60,342 nucleotides of DNA from Acidobacteriota bacterium (GCA_036505615.1 DASXTB010000111.1:1-60342), one strand, 5' to 3'; positions 1-8,716 are shown, counted from the first letter of the stretch. Translations and numbers: made by a program. The notes: generated by a model not told the origin, from the sequence alone.

Positions 1-98
1 GCGCGGTCCGATTCCGTGTGTGGAATCGCTGACCGGGGGTGCCTGGCGCTCCGCGCCTGGACACCCCCGGCTACTGTTATTGGTCCGCTTCGCGGACA
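1..98 (+). repeat. dispersed repeat family B (GACCGGGGGTGCCTGGCGC...GGCTACTGYTATTGGTCCGCTTCGCGGAC)
   Basis: About 90 percent identical to the reverse complement of 42931-43030, and similar to 43163-43237. Confidence 0.85.
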
Positions 99-100
99 GA

Positions 101-212
101 GGCCGCGAAGCGGCGCTATTGGAGAGACGCCCCGCGGGGCGTCTCCTGCACGATGAAAGATTGTGCGGGAGACGGCCCACCGGCCGTCTCTCCAAAATGT
201 CCAAACTTCAGA
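101..212 (+). repeat. dispersed stem-loop repeat family A, copy 1
   Basis: CGCGAAGCGGCGCTATTGGAGAGACGCCCCGYGGGGCGTCTCCTGCACGATGAAAGATTGTGCGGGAGACGGCCC....GGCCGTCTCTCCAAAATGTCCAAAC. Near-identical copies lie at 22444-22552, 26200-26310 and (inverted) 35346-35470. Confidence 0.9.
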
Positions 213-272
213 GGCCGCTGAAAGCGGCCTGGTGCTAAAGCAGCCTCTAAATGCGCCTCTGGTGCGCCCTCG

Positions 273-333
273 AGTTTCTACATTTTGGGAGCAGAGAGAC
301 GGCCTGAAGGCGTCTCTACAAAATGTCCAACCT
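273..333 (+). repeat. family A-like half element
   Basis: GTTTCTACATTTTGGGAGCAGAGAGACGGCCTGAAGGCGTCTCTACAAAATGTCCAAC: same stem type and the same AAAATGTCCAA tail. Confidence 0.8.
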
Positions 334-341
334 CAGACTGG

Positions 342-413
342 CACCCACACCCGGCACCCGAGACCCGGCACCCGAGACCCGACACCCGAGACCCGAAACC
401 CAAGACTCGAAAC
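342..413. repeat. heptamer array, C-rich arm only (CACCCGA/GACCCGA units)
   Basis: About 10 heptads of the GACACCC family abut the stop of the DASS gene (421-423). No complementary arm occurs inside the window. Confidence 0.85.
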
Positions 414-420
414 TTGGTTC

Positions 421-1893
421 TCACCACCATCCAAGCACCTTCCACCATGCAAATCCCACCGTCACCCAAATGAGAATATTCACCACCGACGCGCTCAATC
501 CCAGACGCCACCAGGTGCGCTGGCTGACGTAGCCTGCGCCGTAGTAAATCGGCGCCGGCGTGGTGCCATAGTGAGTCAGCGAAGCAGCCAGATTGGAGAA
601 ATACGCAAGCGATAACGCCGCCACATATTTCGGCGCTCCGGCTGTCAGTATGACGACCAAAAAAGGGAGATACATCGCCGAAGCGTGCGCCGTGATGCTG
701 GCGAAACCGTAGTGCGCGTAGAAATAAATCAGCAGCAACACTGCCAAAGCGCTCCACCACTGCCAGCCCACGGTGAGGCCGGCCGCCCGCTCGGCGAACC
801 ATCGGGTAATCCCCGTATCGCTCAGAGCCTTGGCCATCATCACCAGTCCGCCAAACCAGATAAACACGTCCCACCCCCCCCGTTCTGTTAGCACGTCTTC
901 CCACACCAGAACACCAGTGATCAGAAGCGAACAGATGCCCGCCAGCGCGATCACTGTATAGTCAATGGAATGCCAGGACCCGGTCATCCAAAGCAGCGTC
1001 AGTGCTGCGAAGACTGTCAGCATGATTCTTTCAGCCCGTGACATCGGGCCCAATCGATCCAACTCTGCTTTTGCAACCTCTGCCGCTCCGGGAGTATGCC
1101 GCACTTCGGGCGGAAAAAGCCGATAGATCAGAAATGGCACAAGCACTATGGAAAGCAATCCCGGCAAGAGCGCACCCAAGGCCCAATGGCCATAAGTAAG
1201 GTTGATGCCTGTGGCCTGCCGGGCGAACTTGGCGATCAAAACGTTCGAGGCCTGGCCTGTCAGGAACATGGCGCAGATGATCACGTCGCCCTGATACACC
1301 AGAGTCATCAAGAAGGCCCCCAGTCGTCCTGCCGTGGGTCCTGGCCTTGAGTCGTAAGCTTCAGCCAAGCTCTTGGTGATGGGAAAGGTGATGCCCCCAC
1401 AGCGAGCGCCATTGGAGGGGATGATCATGCCCAGCATCATGTCAGTGCAAACCAGAGCATAACCAAGACCGAGTGACGTGTGGCCGATGGCGCGAATAAA
1501 AAGAAAGGCGATGCGCCGGCCCAGGCCGGTTTTAATCATGCCGCGAGAAATGAAAAAGGCCGTCAGAGTAAGCCACGGAAGAGGGTCTGCATAACCGGCT
1601 AGCGCCTGTGCAGGAGACAATGTTCGCGTCAGAGCGATGGCGCTGATTCCCATCAGCACTACTGCGCCACCGGGCACAGGCTGAAGAATCAATCCCATGA
1701 TCGTAGCGACAAAAATTGCAAGCAGCCGCCACGACTCTGCTGTAATTCCGGAAGGGGCGGGCAAGAGCAGGATGGCGGAGGCGGCCAGCAGGACCCCGCA
1801 CCACTTGGCTAGGCGGATCACACCTGGGGTGAGGTGTATCGGTTCCGCCTTTCGACTCGGCGTCTCGGCTACCCGTGAAGGAATGTCATCCAT
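421..1893 (-). CDS. DASS-family anion:sodium symporter (2-oxoglutarate/malate-translocator-like permease)
   Basis: Long multi-TM ORF with DASS/CitT-like blocks (GLGRRIAFLFIRA, IIPSNGARCGGITFPI, SLTHYGTTPAPIYYG). Start moved from ORF-track 2325 to ATG 1893 (MDDIPSRV...) because the upstream 144 codons are repeat-derived and overlap the divergent gene. Confidence 0.85.
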   Translation of the reverse strand: MDDIPSRVAETPSRKAEPIHLTPGVIRLAKWCGVLLAASAILLLPAPSGITAESWRLLAIFVATIMGLILQPVPGGAVVLMGISAIALTRTLSPAQALAGYADPLPWLTLTAFFISRGMIKTGLGRRIAFLFIRAIGHTSLGLGYALVCTDMMLGMIIPSNGARCGGITFPITKSLAEAYDSRPGPTAGRLGAFLMTLVYQGDVIICAMFLTGQASNVLIAKFARQATGINLTYGHWALGALLPGLLSIVLVPFLIYRLFPPEVRHTPGAAEVAKAELDRLGPMSRAERIMLTVFAALTLLWMTGSWHSIDYTVIALAGICSLLITGVLVWEDVLTERGGWDVFIWFGGLVMMAKALSDTGITRWFAERAAGLTVGWQWWSALAVLLLIYFYAHYGFASITAHASAMYLPFLVVILTAGAPKYVAALSLAYFSNLAASLTHYGTTPAPIYYGAGYVSQRTWWRLGLSASVVNILIWVTVGFAWWKVLGWW

Positions 1894-1959
1894 ATTTGAA
1901 ACGCTCAAGCCCTGGCTGCTAGCAATGTTATTGACAATGACAGGCAGTACTAATATTAA

Positions 1960-2076
1960 GTCGATGTCGCGGTCGAAAGTCGAAAGTCGAAAGTCGAAAG
2001 TCCAAAGTCGAAAGTCAAAACTGCAAGCACTGATCTTGGACTGTGGACCTTGGACTTTGGACCTTGGACAACTGAC
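1960..2076. repeat. tandem-heptamer hairpin (GTCGAAA)n / (TTGGACC)n
   Basis: Left arm 1960-2021, 13-nt spacer, right arm 2035-2076. The arms are complementary except for about one position per heptad. Confidence 0.85.
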
Positions 2077-2083
2077 TACTATC

Positions 2084-2758
2084 ATGACTATATCAAACGC
2101 GAACTTGGACGCCTTACGCAAATTGAGTACTCCGACAGTAGCTAACGCCGTGGAGGTTTTCAATCTACGATCGCGCAGCGCCGGTTTTGCATCACCCGAA
2201 ATTCGCTGTCTTTTTCCCGATCTCGGCGTAATGGTCGGATTTGCCGCTACAGCCCGGTTTGCCGCTGAGCAAGCGCCGGCAAAAACAACGTCCCGATACG
2301 ATTTCTGGAAGTATGTCATGGGCATTCCGGAACCTCGAGTAGTGGTGATGCAGGATTTGGACCAGCCTCCGGGGATAGGCGCCTATTTTGGAGAAGTTCA
2401 ATCTTCAATCCACCGGCGCTTGCGTTGCGTGGGTGTGATAACCAACGGATTTGTGCGCGACCTGGATGAGGTGCGCGCATTGGGCTTTCAGTATTTCGCA
2501 GCCGGGGTGTGTGTTTCCCATGCTTACGTGCATTTGATTGATTTCGGCGGCCCGGTAAAGGTCGGTGGCTTGGTGGTTTGTTCGGGGGATCTGATGCATG
2601 CCGACAAGCACGGCGTGCTAAACGTCCCCAAAGAAGTAGCGCAGGATATTCCTGGGGCCGCGGCGCAAATCGCGCAACGCGAACAGCAGATCATAGCAAC
2701 CTGCAGTTCACCGGATTTTTCGCTGGAAAGACTGCGAGACGTGTACGAGTCGAAATGA
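2084..2758 (+). CDS. RraA-family protein (4-hydroxy-4-methyl-2-oxoglutarate aldolase / oxaloacetate decarboxylase type)
   Basis: 224-aa product from ATG 2084 (MTISNANLDALRKLSTPTVANAVE...). RraA-like blocks GEVQSSIHRRLRCVGVITNGFVRD and GDLMHADKHGVL. The part of ORF 1697.. upstream of 2084 crosses the repeat hairpin and the DASS gene. Confidence 0.8.
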   Translation: MTISNANLDALRKLSTPTVANAVEVFNLRSRSAGFASPEIRCLFPDLGVMVGFAATARFAAEQAPAKTTSRYDFWKYVMGIPEPRVVVMQDLDQPPGIGAYFGEVQSSIHRRLRCVGVITNGFVRDLDEVRALGFQYFAAGVCVSHAYVHLIDFGGPVKVGGLVVCSGDLMHADKHGVLNVPKEVAQDIPGAAAQIAQREQQIIATCSSPDFSLERLRDVYESK

Positions 2759-2763
2759 AAGTA

Positions 2764-2924
2764 GCCATCGGTCATCGGTCATCAGTCATCGGTCATCGGT
2801 TATTGCTAGGAGCTTCGGTCTTCGCAGATTGTTGTTCTGAGACATCTACTTACCGATCATATTTTTGAGAGATAACCAGTCACGATCGCCGATGACCGAT
2901 GACTGATGACTGATGACTGATGAC
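2764..2924. repeat. tandem-heptamer hairpin (CATCGGT)n / (ACCGATG, ACTGATG)n
   Basis: Arms 2764-2800 and 2875-2924, with a ~75-nt unique spacer. Confidence 0.9.
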
Positions 2925-2932
2925 TATTAGCA

Positions 2933-2967
2933 GGCTGAGAGCTGACAGCTGTGAGCTGAGAGCTGAA
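2933..2967. repeat. orphan heptamer array (GCTGAGA)5
   Basis: GCTGAGAGCTGACAGCTGTGAGCTGAGAGCTGA ends 3 nt before the ATG at 2970. The same unit recurs at 20008-20047 and 43532-43599. Confidence 0.85.
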
Positions 2968-2969
2968 TT

Positions 2970-3263
2970 ATGTTAACTCACATCGTCTTGTACAAGCCAA
3001 AGCCGGGCGTCGCAAGAGAGCAGATCGAAGTACTCTTGCGCGAGGCGCGGACGCGGCTTCGCCAAGTACCGGGCGTGGCCAACCTCAAGGCAGGAACCTC
3101 AATTTATAAGGAAGACCCTTATCAATGCGCTCTAGTAATGTACTTTGAAGATATTGCCGCGCTGGATCGATATCGCGTACATCCGGTTCATGTAAAGTTT
3201 GTCGAGGAAGTCGTCAACCCGGTAGTCGACGAAGTGCGACGATTGGATTACGTCGAAGAATAG
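2970..3263 (+). CDS. Dabb-family stress-responsive alpha/beta-barrel protein
   Basis: 97-aa ORF; the full length fits the Dabb pattern (THIVLYKPKPG ... YRVHPVHVKFVEE). Confidence 0.8.
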   Translation: MLTHIVLYKPKPGVAREQIEVLLREARTRLRQVPGVANLKAGTSIYKEDPYQCALVMYFEDIAALDRYRVHPVHVKFVEEVVNPVVDEVRRLDYVEE

Positions 3264-3270
3264 AAAAGAG

Positions 3271-3373
3271 GTCGTAAGTCGCAGGTCGAAAATCGAAAGT
3301 CAGGGGTCGCTCGGCCGAGGGCGAGCAAGGCTCGAAGGGTTGCACTTTCGACTTTCGACCTGCGACTTGCGAG
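3271..3373. repeat. tandem-heptamer hairpin (GTCGNAR)n
   Basis: Arms 3271-3304 and 3341-3373 are about 90 percent complementary; 36-nt spacer. Confidence 0.9.
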
Positions 3374-3394
3374 CTGAGACTAGGACAATCAGCC

Positions 3395-4450
3395 ATGACC
3401 GTTGACCGCTTCCCGATTCCAAGTGAATCGCTCACGGCTTTCTGCGTTTCCTGTTTCAAGAAGCTCGGCCTTTGCGATGAGGACGCCAGGATTACCGCCG
3501 ACAATCTGATTTTTGCCAACCTTCGGGGTGTCGACTCTCACGGTGTGATTCGACTGAAAGTGTATGCGGACCGCTTGCGCGCCGGCGGGACCAATCCCCG
3601 GGCCGTTCCCAAGGTGTCACGAGAGGATCGAACCTGTGCGCTGATCGATGCCGATAACGGCGTGGGGCAGGTAGCCAGTGCTGTGGCGATGAAACTTGCC
3701 ATTTCTAAGGCCGAAGCAAACGGAATCGGCTGGGTGAGTGTGACAAACAGCAACCATTTTGGAGCGGCCGCCTTCTACGCCATGATGGCGCTCCCGTACA
3801 ACATGATCGGCTTAGCCTTGACCAACGCGAGCGCGACCATGGCTCCCAGCGGAGGTCGCGAAGCGCGGCTGGGCAACAACCCGCTCGGTATTGCCGTCCC
3901 GGCTGGAAAGAAACCGCCAGTGGTTCTGGATATGGCCACCGGAGCCGTCGCCAGAGGAAAAATCTTCATTGCACAGCAGGAAAGAAAAAAGATTCCTACT
4001 ACTTGGGCACTCGATAAGAGCGGTGTACCGACCGATGACGCCGATGCTGCCGCCGAAGGACTGATACAACCCCTGGGAGGCTACAAGGGATACGGTCTGA
4101 GCCTGCTAATCGATCTCTTTACAGGAGTGCTGTCAGGCAGCGGATTTTCAACCCACGTTGGTCAGATGTACAAGGATCTGGGCGTGCCTACGCGTTCAGC
4201 GCACGCCTGCGCTGCCCTGCTCATTGACAGGTTCATACCTATTTCCGAATTTCGACAGCGTGTCGATGAGATCATCGATATGATGCAAACCTGCCCGCGC
4301 GCGGCGGGCGTCGATCGCATCTACGTTCCTGGGGAAATCGAGCATGAGACCGAACTACATCGAAGAGCGCACGGCATTCCGCTGAGTGGGGCCCTGAAGA
4401 ATGAACTGGTCGCTCTGGGGTCAGAACTGGGGGTTCAATTCCCGCTTTAG
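3395..4450 (+). CDS. Ldh_2-family oxidoreductase (type-2 malate/L-lactate/sulfolactate dehydrogenase family)
   Basis: Family blocks DSHGVIRLKVY, NSNHFGAAAFYA, GGYKGYGLSLLIDL. Confidence 0.85.
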   Translation: MTVDRFPIPSESLTAFCVSCFKKLGLCDEDARITADNLIFANLRGVDSHGVIRLKVYADRLRAGGTNPRAVPKVSREDRTCALIDADNGVGQVASAVAMKLAISKAEANGIGWVSVTNSNHFGAAAFYAMMALPYNMIGLALTNASATMAPSGGREARLGNNPLGIAVPAGKKPPVVLDMATGAVARGKIFIAQQERKKIPTTWALDKSGVPTDDADAAAEGLIQPLGGYKGYGLSLLIDLFTGVLSGSGFSTHVGQMYKDLGVPTRSAHACAALLIDRFIPISEFRQRVDEIIDMMQTCPRAAGVDRIYVPGEIEHETELHRRAHGIPLSGALKNELVALGSELGVQFPL

Positions 4451-4629
4451 CGCGAGTCCAGTCTGCCATTTGTGAACCTCGCGCGCACCAAGGATAGACC
4501 GGACATTTCACTTCATACAATCAGCCGACATTTCCTCTTGCATACCATACTGCAAGGCGCTCTTGACATCTGTCTCGTATTGCGGTACTGAGTTTTATAT
4601 AGTGAATACGCCGAGACGACTTGGGGAAT

Positions 4630-5451
4630 ATGAAGGCAAGAGTCACAGTAGTTGACAAAGGATCCCCTTACCGGGTTCAGGTGCTGGATCGCGCGCTGGG
4701 TATCCTGGATGTACTGGCGCGTGAAGGCTCCGGAATCGCGCTTGTGGAGATCTCCACTCAACTTGGTCTGCACAAGAGCACCGTCCATCGCCTGTTGAGG
4801 GTGTTGGAGCGCCATCGGGTGGTCATCAAGGACTCACAGAACGGCAGATATCGGCTCGGCTTCAGGCTCTTTGAGTTGGGAAGTCAGGCAATCGAGCAGT
4901 TGGACATACGCGAAAGAGCGCAGCCTTATCTGAAAAACCTCGTCCTTCAGACCGGCGAAACGGCACACATCTGCATTTTGGACCATGGCGAAATGCTGTC
5001 GGTAGCCAATGTGGAGAGTGTGCGCACGATTCGAACGCCGTCGACGGTGGGCCGCCGAACTCCGGCTCACTGCACCGCTGTGGGCAAAGCTCTGCTCGCG
5101 TTCTTGACGGACGGCGAATTGGAAGATTTCATAAAAAAAAATCCTCTGAAAGGCTACACGGGCAAGACGATCACCTCGGCCACCGCGCTTAAGGCGCAGA
5201 TAGAGTCGGTGCGCGAGCGCGGGTATGCAATCGATGATGAGGAGATCGAAGAAGGCCTGCGCTGCATTGGAGCGCCGATCTGGGATTATTCCAGAAGCGT
5301 CATTGCTTCCATGAGCATCGCCGGTCCGGCCTTTCGCATAAAGAAGGAGAAAATCCCAGCCCTCGCGGAATTCGTTGTCAGAGCCGCCCGCCAGCTTTCA
5401 GCGGAACTGGGACACCAGGAGACACTAAAGATAAGAAGAAAGCCAGCGTGA
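4630..5451 (+). CDS. IclR-family transcriptional regulator
   Basis: N-terminal winged HTH (LGLHKSTVHRLLRVLE) and C-terminal IclR effector domain (EEGLRCIGAPI). ATG 4630 preferred to the TTG at 4621 used by the ORF track. Confidence 0.85.
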   Translation: MKARVTVVDKGSPYRVQVLDRALGILDVLAREGSGIALVEISTQLGLHKSTVHRLLRVLERHRVVIKDSQNGRYRLGFRLFELGSQAIEQLDIRERAQPYLKNLVLQTGETAHICILDHGEMLSVANVESVRTIRTPSTVGRRTPAHCTAVGKALLAFLTDGELEDFIKKNPLKGYTGKTITSATALKAQIESVRERGYAIDDEEIEEGLRCIGAPIWDYSRSVIASMSIAGPAFRIKKEKIPALAEFVVRAARQLSAELGHQETLKIRRKPA

Positions 5452-5560
5452 TCGCCAGCGTTAAGAGGAGAAACATAACCTTCCATCACAGATAAGCCTG
5501 ATGCCCACCGGTGAAAGGGGAAGGTCGCCAAAAGAAGAGAAAATCTCGTAGGGAGGGACT

Positions 5561-8500
5561 ATGAGACGACTTGAAATTCGCGCATTAATGGCACTGATCG
5601 TGCTCTTCATACCAGGTTGGCCGACCTTGGGCTGGGCCCAAGTAACCACGGCAACCCTTTACGGAATTGTTCGTGATCCAACGGGCTCCGTAATTCCGGG
5701 AGCGGCGGTAACAATTACGCACCAAGGTACCGGAGCAGTAAAGAAAACGATCACCAGCGATACGGGCGAGTTTGTTTTTGATTTCCTGCACGTAGGTTCG
5801 TACACACTCAAGATTGAGATGCCGGGCTTCAAGACCTCTGTGAGTCAAGGCATTGACCTGGCGGCAGGTCAGGAAGTGCGCCATACGTACGATCTGCAGG
5901 TGGGCGAAGTGGCCGAATCGGTAACGGTGCAGGGTGGGGCTACGCTGGTAAACACCGTGTCGGCCGAGCAGCGTGAGAGCATGAATTCGCTACAGGTCAT
6001 GGAGCTGCCCCTCTCTCGAAGGAATGTCACCAATATTCTTAGGCTCTCTTCAGGAGTGGATGTTGGCGGCGGCAGCGTCCGGATCAACGGCCAAGGTAAG
6101 AGCGGCGCCGGCGTCACAGTGGACGGCACGGATGCCAACGCAAACCCATCCGAGGGCCGGGCGATGGAACAATACGGAGGTCGGAACTACATCGACGTGA
6201 TGAGCATCGAGGCGGTGCAGGAGGTACAACTCCTGCGAGGGATCCTGGCGGCCGAGTACGGTGGCGTGATCAGTGGACAAGTAAACCTGATCAGCAAATC
6301 GGGAACCAACGCTTGGCATGGGAGCCTGTTTGAAAATTATCGATCCCATCTCTTCAGCGCTCGCGACCCGTTTCAGACGAACAGAAGGCCGGATGGCTCC
6401 CTGCTCCCCAGGAATCGAGAGGTTTTTAACCAGTTTGGAGGCGCTTTCGGCGGTCCGATCCTTCGAAACAAAGCCTTCTTCTTCGGGACCTATGAAGGTT
6501 ATCGCGAATCGAGGTTCCAGCGCGTGACGGGCACCGTCCCCACGCCGAAATTGAGAGGTGAAATCCTGCGAGCTTTGCCGTTTCCCGAGACGAAGATCCT
6601 CATGGACGCGATCCCTGAGCCCTCTGTCCCGATTGACGCCGATCGCGGACGATTTGAGGGGGCGGGAAAGCGCGAGAGCACGGAAAATCACTTTATAGTG
6701 AAAGGCGATGTTCTGGTTACTGAGGCCAGCAATCTTTCGGTCACGTACACCAGGAATCGTCCTTTTGGTCTGGATCCCAGCTTTTTCCTCAATGGCGCAA
6801 ATGACCGCACCTATGATTACGCGCAGGATCGACTTACCGCTCAGTACGTCATCGGCAGTAGCCGCTGGACCTCGGAAACCCGGTTTGGTTACAACCATCA
6901 GGATATGGAGCGGCTGGATCAGTTTTTCACATTCACCGATCCTAAGAAAAAAGAAAGCATCGAGTGGCAACGTCGGGTTCCTCGGCTATCGATACAAGGG
7001 ATCGGCGGCTGGGGTGGCGCCGAAGTTTGGCAAATGGAAGGCACGACTTACTCATTCGATCAGAAGATCGGGCGCCAGTTGGGACAACACCTTTTCAAAC
7101 TTGGTGGCCGTTATGTGCGTTACGGCGGCAGCCGCACCAACCCGGAGAACCCATCGTACGCTTTCAACAACAAAGAAGACATGTCTGCCAATATCCCGGG
7201 CACGGTCAATCACACGTTTGGATCTGCCGGTCCTCATAAATCGCGCATGTATGAGTTCGGCTTCTTTGCCCAGGACGATTGGCGGGTGAACCCCAGGCTG
7301 GTCTTGAACCTCGGACTCCGCTATGACTTTTACTCCAATAATGTCGTCAAGCCAACCGGGCCTGTCCCTGTTGCTATCAAGAACCTCTCTCCTCCCAGAG
7401 ATTGGCAAAAGTTCGACTTTGGGCCGCCCCGTCCTTTCGACAATCCCACTGATAATGATCCGGTGAATTTCAGTCCCAGATTCGGTTTTGCGTACAACCC
7501 GGACGGAAAAGGCAGGACCGTCGTTCGCGGAGGTTTTGGAATCCTGTTTGCGGCCCACGTGCCGGCGCTGTTGAGGCAGAGCGTCGCGCATCCGGTTGTG
7601 CCCTTCCGAGTAATCTGGAGTAAGAACGAGGCCCAGCGACTGGGGGTGCGGTATCCCACCTATGCTGAAGAGGCCCTGTCCATTGCCGAGCGGGACGTGG
7701 CTGCAAGCGGACGGATACTTATTTTCTCCGTGCTCAACCCAAAGCTTCAGAATCCCTACACCATGAATTACCAGCTAAACGTTCAGCGCGATTTGAGCCG
7801 AGATCTCATGTTTGAAGTAGGCTACGTCGGTGTGCGCGGGGTGAAGTTTCCGCTGCATCGCCGCTTTAACTTGCCCGACCGTGTGACCGGCGAGCGTCCC
7901 AATCCACTGATTATACCGGGCGGCTACTACGTCGACAATTCAGAGAGCACCGTTTATCACTCTCTGCAGAGTTCCTTAAGAAAGCGCTTTTCCCAAAACC
8001 TGTCCTTTGACGCGCACTACACCCTGGGTAAGGCGCTCGCCTTCGCTGGTGGAGACGTCGGCGTCTATTACGGCACGGATGCCAACGATCAGATCCAGGA
8101 CTTCTTCAACCTCCGCATTGATAGGGGACCGGCAGTTGGAGACGTCACTCACCGCTTTGTCGGCGACTGGATTTACCAACTGCCTTACCTGACGAATTGG
8201 GGAAATCCTTTCTTCAGGCACGTGCTCGGAGGCTGGCAGTTCTCGGGAATTCTTGTGGGCCGTAGCGGCACTCCCGCTTTAGTGACCCAGGGTTGCGCAA
8301 GTGCGTACCACTGCAGGCCGGACTTTCTGGGTGGAGATCCGATTGTCAGTGATTGGAACAAAAACGAAATCACCACCGGCTGCCGCCCGGGCGTGCACTG
8401 CGATGTGCAATACCTGAACGTGGCTGCCTTCGCGCCGGTGCCGTTGACCAAGGCCACTGGAATTGCCATAAGACCTGGAACTGCCGGGAAGAGTCTAATC

Positions 8501-8716
8501 CGCAATCCTGGCTCCTGGAGTACAGACTTTTCGCTGGCTAAGAACTTCAAGCTCAGAGAAGGAATGAGGCTCCAATTCCGGGCGGATATGTTCAATGCCT
8601 TAAACCACGTCAATCTTGGTGGGCCTAATACCAACATCGACAGCCGAGACTTCGGCCGGATCAACGGCGCAGGCGGTATGAGGTCGATGCAGATGGGTCT
8701 GCGGCTGCAGTTTTAG
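5561..8716 (+). CDS. TonB-dependent receptor with N-terminal carboxypeptidase-regulatory-like domain
   Basis: Signal peptide; CarboxypepD_reg-like domain (GIVRDPTGSVIPGAAVTITHQGTG...GSYTLKIEMPGFK); about 900 aa of beta-barrel-type sequence; C-terminal ...GLRLQF. GGGAGGGA RBS before ATG. Confidence 0.85.
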   Translation: MRRLEIRALMALIVLFIPGWPTLGWAQVTTATLYGIVRDPTGSVIPGAAVTITHQGTGAVKKTITSDTGEFVFDFLHVGSYTLKIEMPGFKTSVSQGIDLAAGQEVRHTYDLQVGEVAESVTVQGGATLVNTVSAEQRESMNSLQVMELPLSRRNVTNILRLSSGVDVGGGSVRINGQGKSGAGVTVDGTDANANPSEGRAMEQYGGRNYIDVMSIEAVQEVQLLRGILAAEYGGVISGQVNLISKSGTNAWHGSLFENYRSHLFSARDPFQTNRRPDGSLLPRNREVFNQFGGAFGGPILRNKAFFFGTYEGYRESRFQRVTGTVPTPKLRGEILRALPFPETKILMDAIPEPSVPIDADRGRFEGAGKRESTENHFIVKGDVLVTEASNLSVTYTRNRPFGLDPSFFLNGANDRTYDYAQDRLTAQYVIGSSRWTSETRFGYNHQDMERLDQFFTFTDPKKKESIEWQRRVPRLSIQGIGGWGGAEVWQMEGTTYSFDQKIGRQLGQHLFKLGGRYVRYGGSRTNPENPSYAFNNKEDMSANIPGTVNHTFGSAGPHKSRMYEFGFFAQDDWRVNPRLVLNLGLRYDFYSNNVVKPTGPVPVAIKNLSPPRDWQKFDFGPPRPFDNPTDNDPVNFSPRFGFAYNPDGKGRTVVRGGFGILFAAHVPALLRQSVAHPVVPFRVIWSKNEAQRLGVRYPTYAEEALSIAERDVAASGRILIFSVLNPKLQNPYTMNYQLNVQRDLSRDLMFEVGYVGVRGVKFPLHRRFNLPDRVTGERPNPLIIPGGYYVDNSESTVYHSLQSSLRKRFSQNLSFDAHYTLGKALAFAGGDVGVYYGTDANDQIQDFFNLRIDRGPAVGDVTHRFVGDWIYQLPYLTNWGNPFFRHVLGGWQFSGILVGRSGTPALVTQGCASAYHCRPDFLGGDPIVSDWNKNEITTGCRPGVHCDVQYLNVAAFAPVPLTKATGIAIRPGTAGKSLIRNPGSWSTDFSLAKNFKLREGMRLQFRADMFNALNHVNLGGPNTNIDSRDFGRINGAGGMRSMQMGLRLQF

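Noticed and set aside
20-615. ORFs over the stem-loop repeats (20..238, 39..221, 163..615; likewise 22259..22680(-), 25937..26348, 35291..35566(-), 43085..43364)
   Set aside because: Their sequences are the translated family A/B/D repeats (for example RRPTGRLSKMSKLQ appears in several of them). These are multi-copy non-coding elements, present in both orientations.
1697-2325. Long N-terminal extensions of the DASS ORF (to 2325) and the RraA-like ORF (from 1697)
   Set aside because: The two extensions overlap each other on opposite strands and cross the repeat hairpin. Internal ATGs at 1893 and 2084 give full-length family-typical proteins.
4563-4617. Possible promoter (TTGACA-N17-TACTGA) and inverted repeat GTCTCGTATT...AATACGCCGAGAC upstream of the IclR gene
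   Set aside because: The -10 hexamer is poor and the inverted repeat has a 3-nt bulge. It is plausible as an autoregulatory site but too weak to call as a feature.
6050-6970. Long antisense ORFs inside large GC-rich genes (6050..6970(-), 10529..11239(-), 13650..14447(-), 21222..22025(-), 50507..52018, 52058..52903, 55592..56338, 32867..33511)
   Set aside because: Each is fully contained in and antisense to a gene with clear family signatures. Such shadow ORFs are expected at this GC content, and they contain no recognisable motifs.
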